A stretch of DNA of 24,000 nt from Pyrinomonadaceae bacterium (lineage in GTDB: Bacteria; Acidobacteriota; Blastocatellia; Pyrinomonadales; Pyrinomonadaceae): NCBI GenBank assembly GCA_041745575.1, contig JBGTIQ010000069.1:29480-53479 (forward strand), given 5' to 3'. Positions within the stretch are counted from its first letter, which is position 1. Each line of letters begins with the position of its first letter. The notes under the pieces are model-generated. The model did not search any database and was not told the origin of the DNA. It saw only the letters and a list, made by a program, of their open reading frames with translations. The position numbers were made by a program, and so were the translations under genes. Of the stretch, positions 1-7,614 are shown piece after piece.

Positions 1-4
1 GTGA

Positions 5-81
5 CGGGGCGTAGCACAGCCTGGTAGTGCGCACGGTTTGGGACCGTGAGGCCGCAAGTTCGAATCTTGCCGCCCCGACCA
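5..81 (+). tRNA. tRNA-Pro (anticodon UGG), 3' CCA encoded
   Basis: Hand-folded cloverleaf, 77 nt. Acceptor CGGGGCG/CGCCCCG. D stem GCAC/GTGC. Anticodon stem CACGG/CCGTG with loop TTTGGGA (anticodon TGG). 5-nt variable loop. T stem GCAAG/CTTGC with loop TTCGAAT. Discriminator A, then CCA. Confidence 0.9.
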
Positions 82-136
82 TCAGGCGGGTCGATCAACT
101 GATCATTTCCATTCTGCTGCTGTTTCTTTGCAGACA

Positions 137-164
137 TTCTGTTCGCGAAAGAAGTATTTATAAT
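137..164 (+). promoter_or_regulatory. Candidate sigma70-type promoter for the HU gene (perfect -10 TATAAT at 159-164, weak -35)
   Basis: TATAAT lies 30 nt upstream of the ATG at 194, and GGAGG (177-181) serves as the SD. The -35 region (TTCTGT) is poor. Sequence inspection only. Confidence 0.3.
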
Positions 165-193
165 CACAAATCACTCTGGAGGTTAATTAAAAT

Positions 194-478
194 ATGGCTC
201 GTATGACTCAATCGGAGATCGTCAATTCATTGGCGGATTCGTCGGGACTCAAAAAATCGGATGTTAAAGGCTTGTTTGACACTATCGCCGACCTCGCGGC
301 AAGAGAAGTTAGAGCAAACGGCGAATTTACGCTGCCGGGATTTGGAAAGCTCGTAAAAGCGACGCGTAAGGCCCGTGAAGGCCGAAACCCGGCGACCGGC
401 GCGGTGATACAAATCCCTGCCAAAACTACGGTTAAGTTCCGCCTTGGCAAATCGATGAAAGACGCTGTAGGAAAATAG
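194..478 (+). CDS. HU/IHF-family nucleoid-associated DNA-binding protein (94 aa)
   Basis: The translation has the typical HU-family pattern (GFGKL...R.ARNP.TG..I.IPA...V.F..GK.) and the typical length. A GGAGG SD precedes the gene and a terminator follows it. Confidence 0.9.
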   Translation: MARMTQSEIVNSLADSSGLKKSDVKGLFDTIADLAAREVRANGEFTLPGFGKLVKATRKAREGRNPATGAVIQIPAKTTVKFRLGKSMKDAVGK

Positions 479-503
479 AACACGAAGAATTCGCTTCGAA
501 TCC

Positions 504-536
504 GACCGGCCAGCCCACACTCGCCGGTCTTTTCTT
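504..536 (+). terminator. Rho-independent terminator after the HU gene
   Basis: Stem GACCGGC (504-510) pairs with GCCGGTC (523-529), followed by TTTTCTTT. Confidence 0.65.
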
Positions 537-767
537 TACAAGCCGTCCGAAAAAAACTTCGTGACAAATCTGCGTTTTGTCTGTTAAAATTTCCTTACAA
601 AGTTGGTTAGCGTTCGGAATCCCTCATTATTTGCAACGTTGAAATCGCTTTTTTTCAACTAAACACCGTCGGAGATATGCAGATTTACGGCATGTTTCAG
701 GGATTCGGCCGTGTCCAGCTGAAGTGATATTTATAAGGGGTAATTTATCCAGTAAGGAGAGTAAAAA

Positions 768-1016
768 GTGGCAGCAGCTAAACTTATGACATTGCAGGAC
801 CGGATTCTGCAAATCGATCACATCCAGGCGCGCCGGTATTCGAAATTGACGGAGGATGCGATTGAGATCGCAACCCAGGGAATCATCCGGCACCTTCGTG
901 CATGCGCACGTATGGAAGTTAATCCGGACGCTTCGGCAGTTCGCGAAATAATCGACGATGCGTTGAACGGCAGGCGTGTTTTTGCTGAAACGTCGAACGA
1001 TCTTTTAGCCGCTTAA
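768..1016 (+). CDS. Hypothetical small protein (82 aa), GTG start
   Basis: The ORF is preceded by AAGGAGAG (754-761) and followed by a strong terminator. I recognise no family. Confidence 0.55.
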   Translation: MAAAKLMTLQDRILQIDHIQARRYSKLTEDAIEIATQGIIRHLRACARMEVNPDASAVREIIDDALNGRRVFAETSNDLLAA

Positions 1017-1047
1017 GAAGTATTTATATTTACTTAGCAATACATAT

Positions 1048-1076
1048 GGCCGCCTCTTCCGAGGCGGTCTTTTTTG
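1048..1076 (+). terminator. Rho-independent terminator
   Basis: GGCCGCCTC-TTCC-GAGGCGGTC hairpin (one G.T pair) followed by a T6 run. Confidence 0.8.
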
Positions 1077-1152
1077 CGCCCACAAAACGGTTGCCGTCCT
1101 GTTTGCCCGACACGCGAGTCCTAACGCCTTGGTGAAAAATTGATCGAAAAAG

Positions 1153-3069
1153 CTATTCCGATCGAAGGGTTAGTTTGTAGATCGTGTACTTTCCCACCAC
1201 CTCGCCGCCATCCCGTCCGTACCATTTATCGAGATTGCTGAGATCAGTATCCGAATCGTTTCTTACGACCGCGTATGACAGCATCGGATTTGCGGCGTTG
1301 ACGGCGTCGAATGCGGACCTATAGGCCGCGTAGCGGGCGACCTCTGTCTCGATCTCACCATACGTCAGCGGCTTTGCTTTGCTGCTTAGACGATCGGTGT
1401 GTCGTCCCCAGCCAAAAAGCGCGATCTTCGCGACGAAGTCATTTTTCAGAAGATAATCCAGACCCTCTTCATCGACATTTAGGTAGTAGAGAAACTGAAA
1501 ATACCGGTCCTTATTTTCTTGCCAGGACATCCCGGCAAAAACATGCTGATGACGAGACCAAAGAACGTTCTGCGGCGCAACGCTCGGCAAATCGTCCGAT
1601 TGGATCATGTCGTAAGCCAGCACGGTGGAGCGATACGGATCGACGTCGTCTCGTGACAACTCTTCGAGTCGGTTCGCAACTGGCAGAGCAAGATCGCGCT
1701 CGACATTCGCTCCGTCAAGGACGCGTACGGTGTAATGGCACTCGACGAAACCCCACCCCACAGCGATCACCGTCAGTGCCGCGCAGGCGATTTTCGGCCA
1801 CGCACCTTGCGAATTCAGTTGCTTTCGCAGCAAAACTCCGATGGTCACGATGAGAGCCAGGGCAGCAACGTAATTTCCGATGAACACCTGATAATGGATC
1901 GGCTGCAAGGAACGTCCAGTGACGATCTGCTGATTGAAGATAATAAAAGGTACAAGAGCCATCGAGAATGTGAATAGAGTCGATCTATCCCCGAGAGCGA
2001 TCACTCTTTTCGTGACGCCGATCGACAGCAGCAGAAGGCATATCAAGCTGATATATTCCGGCATCCGCCAAAGATCAGGCACCCGTGTGTAAACCAAGAG
2101 TTGGACGTCGTCCATTGTCTCTGAGCGATTAGAGAGAAGCCAGGCGTACGGTATGAGCGCGATGACACAACCAGCACCGACGAATGCAAAATTCTTCAGG
2201 TCTCTCTTAAAGCCTTCGGGCTTGAAGACGAGCCAGATGAGAAACAGGCAACCAAGCCAAGCGGCCGCTGTGGTCCAGATATAAAAGTAAGAAAAGACGG
2301 TGTAGGCGAAGCAGAAAACGGCGGCCATTACGAGTAACGCGGAATGCGGAACGCGGAGTGCGGAATTCGTGTTACGAGCGCGCGTGGGCAATCGTGACTC
2401 ATCGTTTGCACGTGAAGACCGCGTTTCAAATTCCGCATTCCGCATTCCGCATTCCGCATTTCCCAAGAGCTTCCATACATACGCAAACAATCCAAATACC
2501 GCCGCCATTGCCATCGCCGGAATATAGCGTCTGAACCCGGGAAAGTAAGGATAGGAGAATCCCTCGAAGAAGATCTCCGGCAGAGCTCCTTCGCCAGCAG
2601 CGAGAGCTCCGCCGGCAAACACAACAATCGATCCGGCCATGCCGTACCAGTTACTGCCGCTCATACGTGCGATGAGCCAGAACCCGGCGAGCGCGGCGAG
2701 AAATCCGGCGACAGCGCCCGAAAGCGTCATAGCCCACGGTGTTCCGATCCCGAGCACACGCGCCGGGATCGCGATCGAGTAGGGGGCGGCAAATTGGATC
2801 GAGAAAAGTGATTCCGGCTGTGGTGTTTCGGGTGATTCGTCACGCCCGGAATACGGATCGTTCTTTCGAGGCCGGCCGTCGATGAGAGCCCGGACGTACG
2901 ACGCATACGCGACCTCGTCGATGTCGTTGTATGCGTAATGGCCATTCCACTCCGACCCGCGCAGATAGACCATCTTCAGCTGCGGGTAGAGACAAAATAT
3001 GGCCAGGAAAATTGCGGCGACAACGCCAAAGCGCCAGCGAAGTTTCATAAAGAATTGAAAGCTTAGCAC
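1153..3069 (-). CDS. Polytopic integral membrane protein (638 aa) with a C-terminal soluble domain; function unknown (GT-C-like topology is only a guess)
   Basis: Long ORF with a GTG start preceded by AAGGAGAGGAG. There are many hydrophobic segments in the first ~440 aa and a hydrophilic C-terminal ~190 aa. It carries an in-frame repeat element at 2339-2457. Confidence 0.8.
   Translation of the reverse strand: MLSFQFFMKLRWRFGVVAAIFLAIFCLYPQLKMVYLRGSEWNGHYAYNDIDEVAYASYVRALIDGRPRKNDPYSGRDESPETPQPESLFSIQFAAPYSIAIPARVLGIGTPWAMTLSGAVAGFLAALAGFWLIARMSGSNWYGMAGSIVVFAGGALAAGEGALPEIFFEGFSYPYFPGFRRYIPAMAMAAVFGLFAYVWKLLGNAECGMRNAEFETRSSRANDESRLPTRARNTNSALRVPHSALLVMAAVFCFAYTVFSYFYIWTTAAAWLGCLFLIWLVFKPEGFKRDLKNFAFVGAGCVIALIPYAWLLSNRSETMDDVQLLVYTRVPDLWRMPEYISLICLLLLSIGVTKRVIALGDRSTLFTFSMALVPFIIFNQQIVTGRSLQPIHYQVFIGNYVAALALIVTIGVLLRKQLNSQGAWPKIACAALTVIAVGWGFVECHYTVRVLDGANVERDLALPVANRLEELSRDDVDPYRSTVLAYDMIQSDDLPSVAPQNVLWSRHQHVFAGMSWQENKDRYFQFLYYLNVDEEGLDYLLKNDFVAKIALFGWGRHTDRLSSKAKPLTYGEIETEVARYAAYRSAFDAVNAANPMLSYAVVRNDSDTDLSNLDKWYGRDGGEVVGKYTIYKLTLRSE
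2339..2457. repeat. Inverted heptamer-array element: (GCGGAAY-like)x4, 63-bp spacer, (ATTCCGC)x4
   Basis: 2339-2366 reads GCGGAAT GCGGAAC GCGGAGT GCGGAAT. 2430-2457 reads ATTCCGC x4 (perfect). The arms are reverse complements at 25/28 positions. The element lies inside the 1153-3069 CDS without breaking the frame. Confidence 0.9.
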
Positions 3070-3131
3070 GAAGCTCCTCTCCTTGTTTAGGAGGGTGGCA
3101 ACCGCTTTTCGGGTGACGGGGTGGTAGCCCT

Positions 3132-3219
3132 GTCAGAACCGCGAGCGGTAGCGACCGGGTTTCCCCTAGTTACCTCAAACGCCGCGGGTAACCCGGTCGC
3201 TACCGATCGCGGTTCTGAC
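3132..3219. repeat. 88-bp hairpin element: 29-bp inverted repeat (1 mismatch) with a 30-nt loop
   Basis: GTCAGAACCGCGAGCGGTAGCGACCGGGT (3132-3160) against ACCCGGTCGCTACCGATCGCGGTTCTGAC (3191-3219). It sits in the divergent intergenic region between the membrane-protein gene and the GltD-like gene. Confidence 0.9.
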
Positions 3220-3309
3220 TTCAGCCGATGACTCGGCCACAACTAGTAAACAACGAGGTGAGCTTTTCGTCGAATAACTGATTGAAGTTACCGTCGAAAG
3301 ATATTATTT

Positions 3310-5286
3310 TTGATTAGCGCTCTGCAGCGAGTATCATTTGTTGTCGAACGAGCAAGGACGAACTTCGTGAAACCAACAAACATCAACGATCCCGAATATT
3401 TCCATAAAGTGGTGGATTGCCAGTACGCGTGTCCGGCTCATACACCGGTGCCGGAATACATCCGCCTAATCGCCGAAGGTAAATATACCGAGGCGTACAT
3501 GATCAACTGGGATTCGAATGTGTTTCCGGGGATTCTTGGGCGAACGTGCGATCGGCCGTGCGAACCGGCATGCCGACGCGGAAGAATCGACGAAGAGCCG
3601 GTCGCGATCTGTCGCCTGAAGCGCGTTGCGGCTGACAACAAGGACGAGGTCAAACACCTCATGCCGCAAGCGCCGTTCAAACCGAACGGCAAGAAGGTCG
3701 CGTTGATCGGTGCCGGTCCCGCTTCGTTGACCGTCGCACGCGATCTGGCGCCGCTTGGTTACGAGATCCATCTTTTCGACGAGCAGTACAAGGGCGGCGG
3801 ATTTATGCTCAGTCAGATCCCGGCGTTTCGTTTGCCGGAAACAGTGCTCGACGAAGAAGTGAATTACATCCTCGACATGGGGATCCACACGCATTTCAAA
3901 CATTATGTCTCGTCGTTGAAAGAGGTGCTCGAACAGGATTACGACGCGGTCTTCGTCGGCACGGGAGCGCCGCGTGGACGCGAGCTAAAAATTCCCGGCC
4001 GCGAAGAGGGTGCGGCGAATATTCATATCGGCATTAACTGGCTCGGCAGCGTCGCGTTCGAGCATACGACCAAGATCGGCAAAACAGTCATCGTGCTCGG
4101 CGGCGGAAACACGGCGATGGACTGCTGCCGCACCGCGCGTCGGCTCGGCGGTGAAGACGTCAAGGTGATCGTCCGCTCCCCGTTCGCCGAGATGAAAGCG
4201 TCGCCGTGGGAAAAAGAAGACGCACAACACGAAGACATCCCGATCATCGACAACCACGTCCCGAAATCGTTTGTGATCGAGTATGAGGATGATGAACCGC
4301 AGAGTCGCCGAGACGCAGAGGCCGGAAAGGCGGAAACCCGACCGGTAGGGAGGGTGTCCGGTGGCTCCGAAGTGACGCAGCCCAAACGTAAAGGCCGTCT
4401 AATGGGCGTGATGTTCGAAAAGGTAAAAGCCGTCCACGACGAGAACGGAAAACGTTCGCTTGTCCCGACCGGCGAGCCCGAGGTTTTCTTCCCCGCGGAC
4501 GACGTCCTCGTCGCGATCGGACAAGAGAATTCATTCCCGTGGATCGAGCGCAACATCGGCCTTGATTTCGACAAATGGGAAATGCCGATCGTCGATAAGA
4601 CGACGTTCCAATCGACGAATCCGAAAGTTTTCTTCGGCGGCGACGCAGCGTTCGGTCCCGAGAATGTAATTACTGCCGTCGCTCACGGCCACCAGGCCGC
4701 GGTGTCGATAGACCTCCTTTGCAACAAAAAGAATCTATTGACCGAGCGACTTCATCCGATGGTCAATCTCGTCTCGCAGAAGATGGGCATTCACGAATGG
4801 GCCTACGACAGCGAGATCGACGAATACGATCGTCTGGTCGTGCCGCAAGCACCGAAAACGAAGACACTCGTCAATCGCAAACAGGAAGTCGAGATGGGAT
4901 TCGACCGGCTCGCGGGTTTCAAAGAAGCGGAGCGTTGTTTGAACTGCGATGTGCAGACTGTCTTCGACGGGCCAAAGTGTATCGAGTGCGACGCCTGCGT
5001 CGACATCTGCCCGACCGCCTGCATCACCTTCACCGCGAACGGTTCGGAAGAAGATCTCCGCGCACGCGCGAAAGTTCCCGCCTTAAATCTCACGCAGGAC
5101 CTCTACGTCTCCGAGCCGCTTATTCAAACAAAGCGAATCATGGTGAAGGACGAGGACGTCTGCCTGCACTGCGGCCTCTGCGCCGAACGCTGCCCGACCG
5201 CCGCCTGGGACATGCAAAAATTTTGGTACAACGTAACGAAGGCCGGCGAGGTCAAGTACGGGTGTGATGGGAATGGGGAAGGCTAG
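3310..5286 (+). CDS. GltD-family NAD(P)H-dependent Fe-S flavoprotein oxidoreductase with a C-terminal 2x[4Fe-4S] ferredoxin domain (start uncertain: TTG 3310 or GTG 3367)
   Basis: An N-terminal Cys-rich Fe-S segment (CQYACPAHTPVPEYI, CDRPCEPACRRG) typical of glutamate synthase small subunit / DPD-like proteins. Two dinucleotide folds (VALIGAGPASL, VIVLGGGNTAMD). Two CxxCxxCxxxCP motifs (CIECDACVDICP, CLHCGLCAERCP). Confidence 0.85.
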   Translation: MISALQRVSFVVERARTNFVKPTNINDPEYFHKVVDCQYACPAHTPVPEYIRLIAEGKYTEAYMINWDSNVFPGILGRTCDRPCEPACRRGRIDEEPVAICRLKRVAADNKDEVKHLMPQAPFKPNGKKVALIGAGPASLTVARDLAPLGYEIHLFDEQYKGGGFMLSQIPAFRLPETVLDEEVNYILDMGIHTHFKHYVSSLKEVLEQDYDAVFVGTGAPRGRELKIPGREEGAANIHIGINWLGSVAFEHTTKIGKTVIVLGGGNTAMDCCRTARRLGGEDVKVIVRSPFAEMKASPWEKEDAQHEDIPIIDNHVPKSFVIEYEDDEPQSRRDAEAGKAETRPVGRVSGGSEVTQPKRKGRLMGVMFEKVKAVHDENGKRSLVPTGEPEVFFPADDVLVAIGQENSFPWIERNIGLDFDKWEMPIVDKTTFQSTNPKVFFGGDAAFGPENVITAVAHGHQAAVSIDLLCNKKNLLTERLHPMVNLVSQKMGIHEWAYDSEIDEYDRLVVPQAPKTKTLVNRKQEVEMGFDRLAGFKEAERCLNCDVQTVFDGPKCIECDACVDICPTACITFTANGSEEDLRARAKVPALNLTQDLYVSEPLIQTKRIMVKDEDVCLHCGLCAERCPTAAWDMQKFWYNVTKAGEVKYGCDGNGEG

Positions 5287-5298
5287 TTGCGGCTACGA

Positions 5299-5895
5299 AT
5301 GCAGCGTGCACCTAAAGTAATTGTCCTGACTCTCGGAATTGCCTTCGCAGCGGCGACAGGTTGCAGCCGCGTTTCATTGGAAGACGCGAACAACCTCAAT
5401 TCTGCTCATGTCGCAGAACCGATGGTTGAGCCATCGAAACTCAGCCCAGCGGATCTATCGAAACTTCAGAAATATGCCGAAGCATACCAACCGAAATCGG
5501 GCCGTGTGGTAATTCCCGAAGTGCCCGTTCCAAATGAAGAGATTTCGCAAATAATTTCGAAGGCTGCCGATGCTGGCACGCGGGAGCACGAAAAGTTCGT
5601 CGTGCTGATTTTCCTTCGACTCTCGCGATTTCAGATCGAGAATTTCAGACAACGTTACGAGCTAGGACGCACCAACCCACTAACAAAAGAGTTTTATAGA
5701 CTGGTCGGACAGAACGACTACGAAAGGGCCGAAATGATGTCGGTATATTTGGCGGACGATTATATTGACAAAAACCCGCATCTTCGGGACTACAAGTTGA
5801 TCGATGCCGAAATGAAAAGGATCGCCAAGGCTGGTGAAAGGATTAAGCAGGAGTTAGACAGGACAACGAAACGAGCAAAGCAATCGCGTAACTAA
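5299..5895 (+). CDS. Putative lipoprotein, function unknown (ATG 5299; the ORF opens at TTG 5287)
   Basis: Signal peptide with a lipobox-like motif (LTLGIAFAAATGC). It starts directly after the upstream stop codon (5284-5286). I recognise no family. Confidence 0.6.
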   Translation: MQRAPKVIVLTLGIAFAAATGCSRVSLEDANNLNSAHVAEPMVEPSKLSPADLSKLQKYAEAYQPKSGRVVIPEVPVPNEEISQIISKAADAGTREHEKFVVLIFLRLSRFQIENFRQRYELGRTNPLTKEFYRLVGQNDYERAEMMSVYLADDYIDKNPHLRDYKLIDAEMKRIAKAGERIKQELDRTTKRAKQSRN

Positions 5896-5940
5896 CCGCT
5901 CTGCCGATCGGCGTGCGGAAAAGCTCCGCTTGTCGGAAAG
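5896..5940. repeat. Copy 1 of a ~45-nt motif that precedes REP clusters (CGGCTCTGCCG-TYGGYGTGCGGAAA-CTCCGCTT)
   Basis: Alignable by eye with 6718-6762 and 14395-14433. Copies 1 and 3 share AACTAAC-GCTCTGCCG. It begins right after the lipoprotein stop codon. Confidence 0.55.
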
Positions 5941-5964
5941 ACTTTGATATTAATTCTCGCGGCT

Positions 5965-6153
5965 TTCGTCGCGTAGCGACGGGCTGAATTTAGCCGTGGC
6001 CTTCAGGCCACGGTAATCTCGAGTATTTGATTTCGTCGCGTCAGTGACGATTGAAACAAATGCCGATTCATACCGTCGCTACGCGACGGGCGCTTTGTTA
6101 ACGGCTGACCGTGGCCTGAAGGCCACGGCTAAATTCATTTGCCCGCTACGCGG
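5965..6153. repeat. REP cluster 1 (composite BIME-like unit of four hairpin modules)
   Basis: Four modules: CGTCGCGTAGCGACG; GAATTTAGCCGTGGCCTTCAGGCCACGG (5986-6013); CGTCGCGTCAGTGACG; CCGTCGCTACGCGACGG. Then the inverted partner CCGTGGCCTGAAGGCCACGGCTAAATTCATTTGCCCGCTACGCGG (6109-6153). The GTAG/CTAC head is typical of REPs. Confidence 0.85.
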
Positions 6154-6175
6154 TCCGAGGCAATCGGGGGAAACG

Positions 6176-6645
6176 ATGCCAATAAAAGACCAGTTCATTC
6201 CGCATTTGATCGTTAGCGACGGTCTTGCCGCCCTTGAATTTTACAAGGATAACTTTGGAGCCGAAGAGGGCCACAATATGATGTCGCCCGACGGTAAAAA
6301 GCTCATTCACGGAGAGATAATTCTGGATGGGCATAAACTTTTATCTCCGACTGGTTTGCCCCGGGCGATGGCGGTTCGCTGGAATCCCCCGAGCGGCTCG
6401 GAGGTACATGCGTGCGAATAACGATAAACGTCGATGATGCGGATGCATTGGTCGAACGTGCCGTCGCTCGCGGATCCGAGGTCATCATGCCGGTGCAGGA
6501 CATGTTCTGGGGCGCTAGGTATGGCAAGTTAAGAGATCCCTATGGCCACGAGTGGGATATCAACCAACAGCTCGAAGAAATTACTCCGGAAGAAACCGAG
6601 GCCAATGCGGATAAGTTCTTCGCGAGGAATGATCAAGCCAAGTAA
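6176..6645 (+). pseudogene. VOC/glyoxalase-family (PhnB-like) protein gene interrupted by a 1-nt frameshift
   Basis: The N-terminal half (MPIKDQFIPHLIVSDGLAALEFYKDNFGAEE...HGEIILDGHKL) is in one frame. The C-terminal half (FISDWFAPGDGGSLESPERLGGTCVRITINVDDADALVERAV...FWGARYGKLRDPYGHEWDI) is in the -1-shifted frame. The junction is the T4 run at 6339-6342, and the shifted frame opens right after the TAA at 6334-6336. Confidence 0.8.
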
Positions 6646-6717
6646 TAACTTTTTCAGCACTGGCGTTTGAGGTGCGAAAAAGCTTTTTACATTAGCCTAG
6701 ACTGGTGTCCTAGTTTC

Positions 6718-6762
6718 CCCGGCTCCGCTGTTCGGTGTGCGGAAACCTCCGCTTTTCGAAAA
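6718..6762. repeat. Copy 2 of the ~45-nt pre-REP motif
   Basis: CCCGGCTCCGCTGTTCGGTGTGCGGAAACCTCCGCTTTTCGAAAA. It contains a small GCGGA/TCCGC hairpin followed by TTTT. Confidence 0.5.
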
Positions 6763-6812
6763 ATTAAGAACGATTCGAGGCGCACGGCAGCTAGGTGACG
6801 TACTATTTTGAA

Positions 6813-7141
6813 CCGCCGCGTCAGCGGCGAACTGAGTTTAGCCGTGGCCTTCAGGCCACGGTAATCTCGAGCATTTGATTTCGTCGCGTCAGCGACGATT
6901 GAGTCAAATGCCGATTCATACCGTCGCTACGCGACGGGCGCTTTGTTATCGGCTGACCGTGGCCTGAAGGCCACGGCTAAATTCATTTGCCCGCTACGCG
7001 GTCGATGCGGGCTATGACTCAGACAATTGTCGGCGCTAAAGAAATTGAAATGTTGACTGCGTCGCGTCAGCGATAACGTGAATTTAGCTGTGAGGCCACG
7101 GTTTTTTCGAAATATTGTAATCTCCGTCGCGTCAGCGACGG
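6813..7141. repeat. REP cluster 2 (full composite unit 6813-7001 plus a degenerate extra unit 7059-7141)
   Basis: 6834-7001 is nearly identical (about 7 mismatches by eye) to 5986-6153. The degenerate copy has GAATTTAGCTGTGAGGCCACGG and ends with the hairpin CCGTCGCGTCAGCGACGG, 18 nt before the RAYT start. Confidence 0.85.
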
Positions 7142-7158
7142 CTGAACCATCTCCCAAT

Positions 7159-7609
7159 ATGGCAAACACATTCTCCCAACTCTTTTATCACCTTGTCTTC
7201 AGCACGAAGGCCCGACAAAAACTGATCACTCAGGAAATCGAATCTCGCGTGTGGGCGTACATCGGCGGCGTCGCTCGTAAACATGAATTAGCCGCGTTGC
7301 AAGTGGGCGGAATCGAAGATCACATCCACGGTCTCGTAATGGCACGGCCGGTAATCGCTCCATATCAAATCCCACAATGGCTAAAGGGCGACTCATCCAA
7401 ATGGATACATGGGGAATTTCCTGCAATGAGCAAATTTTATTGGCAAGACGGATACGGAATATTCTCGGTGAGCAGATCGCAAGTTCCCGATGTGATTCGA
7501 TATCGAAAATCAACGCGAACATCACGCCCGACAGACGTTCGAGGAGGAATACGTGTCCCTATTAAAATTGCACGGGATCGAATATGACGAGCGGTTTATT
7601 TTCGATTGA
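7159..7609 (+). pseudogene. REP-associated tyrosine transposase (RAYT; IS200/IS605 Y1 HUH family) with a 2-nt frameshift
   Basis: MANTFSQLFYHLVFSTK..., with HUH motif DHIHGLV. After ...SQVPDVIRY the frame is lost. The shifted frame from 7502 reads IENQREHHARQTFEEEYVSLLKLHGIEYDERFIFD and stops at 7607-7609, colinear with the intact paralogue at 14580-15032. DNA here is CGATATCGA where the paralogue has CGATATATCGA. Confidence 0.85.
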
Positions 7610-7614
7610 TGCAA

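Noticed and set aside
149-162. Exact 14-mer AAGAAGTATTTATA shared by the HU promoter region (149-162) and the region after the small ORF (1015-1028)
   Set aside because: About one exact 14-mer pair is expected by chance in 24 kb, and there is no extended similarity around it.
1311-1853. Arg/Ser/Pro-rich ORFs overlapping strong genes (for example 1311-1853, 4023-4574, 4719-5267, 12462-13028, 12911-13456, 17382-17885, 21736-22278)
   Set aside because: Each lies in an alternative frame or strand of a well-supported CDS and shows the compositional bias typical of off-frame translation of GC-rich genes.
4270-4390. Charged ~35-aa segment (YEDDEPQSRRDAEAGKAETRPVGRVSGGSEVTQPKRK) in the GltD-like protein, suspected to be another in-frame repeat insertion
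   Set aside because: I could not find tandem units, inverted arms or a second copy in the window; only a short GACGCAG direct repeat is present. It may be a lineage-specific linker. This needs an orthologue alignment.
6044-6175. N-terminal extensions of the VOC ORF (6044-6175) and of the RAYT ORF (7078-7158) given in the ORF track
   Set aside because: These extensions are translations of REP hairpins (for example ...RGLKATAKFICPLRG...). Internal ATGs at 6176 and 7159 give family-typical N-termini.
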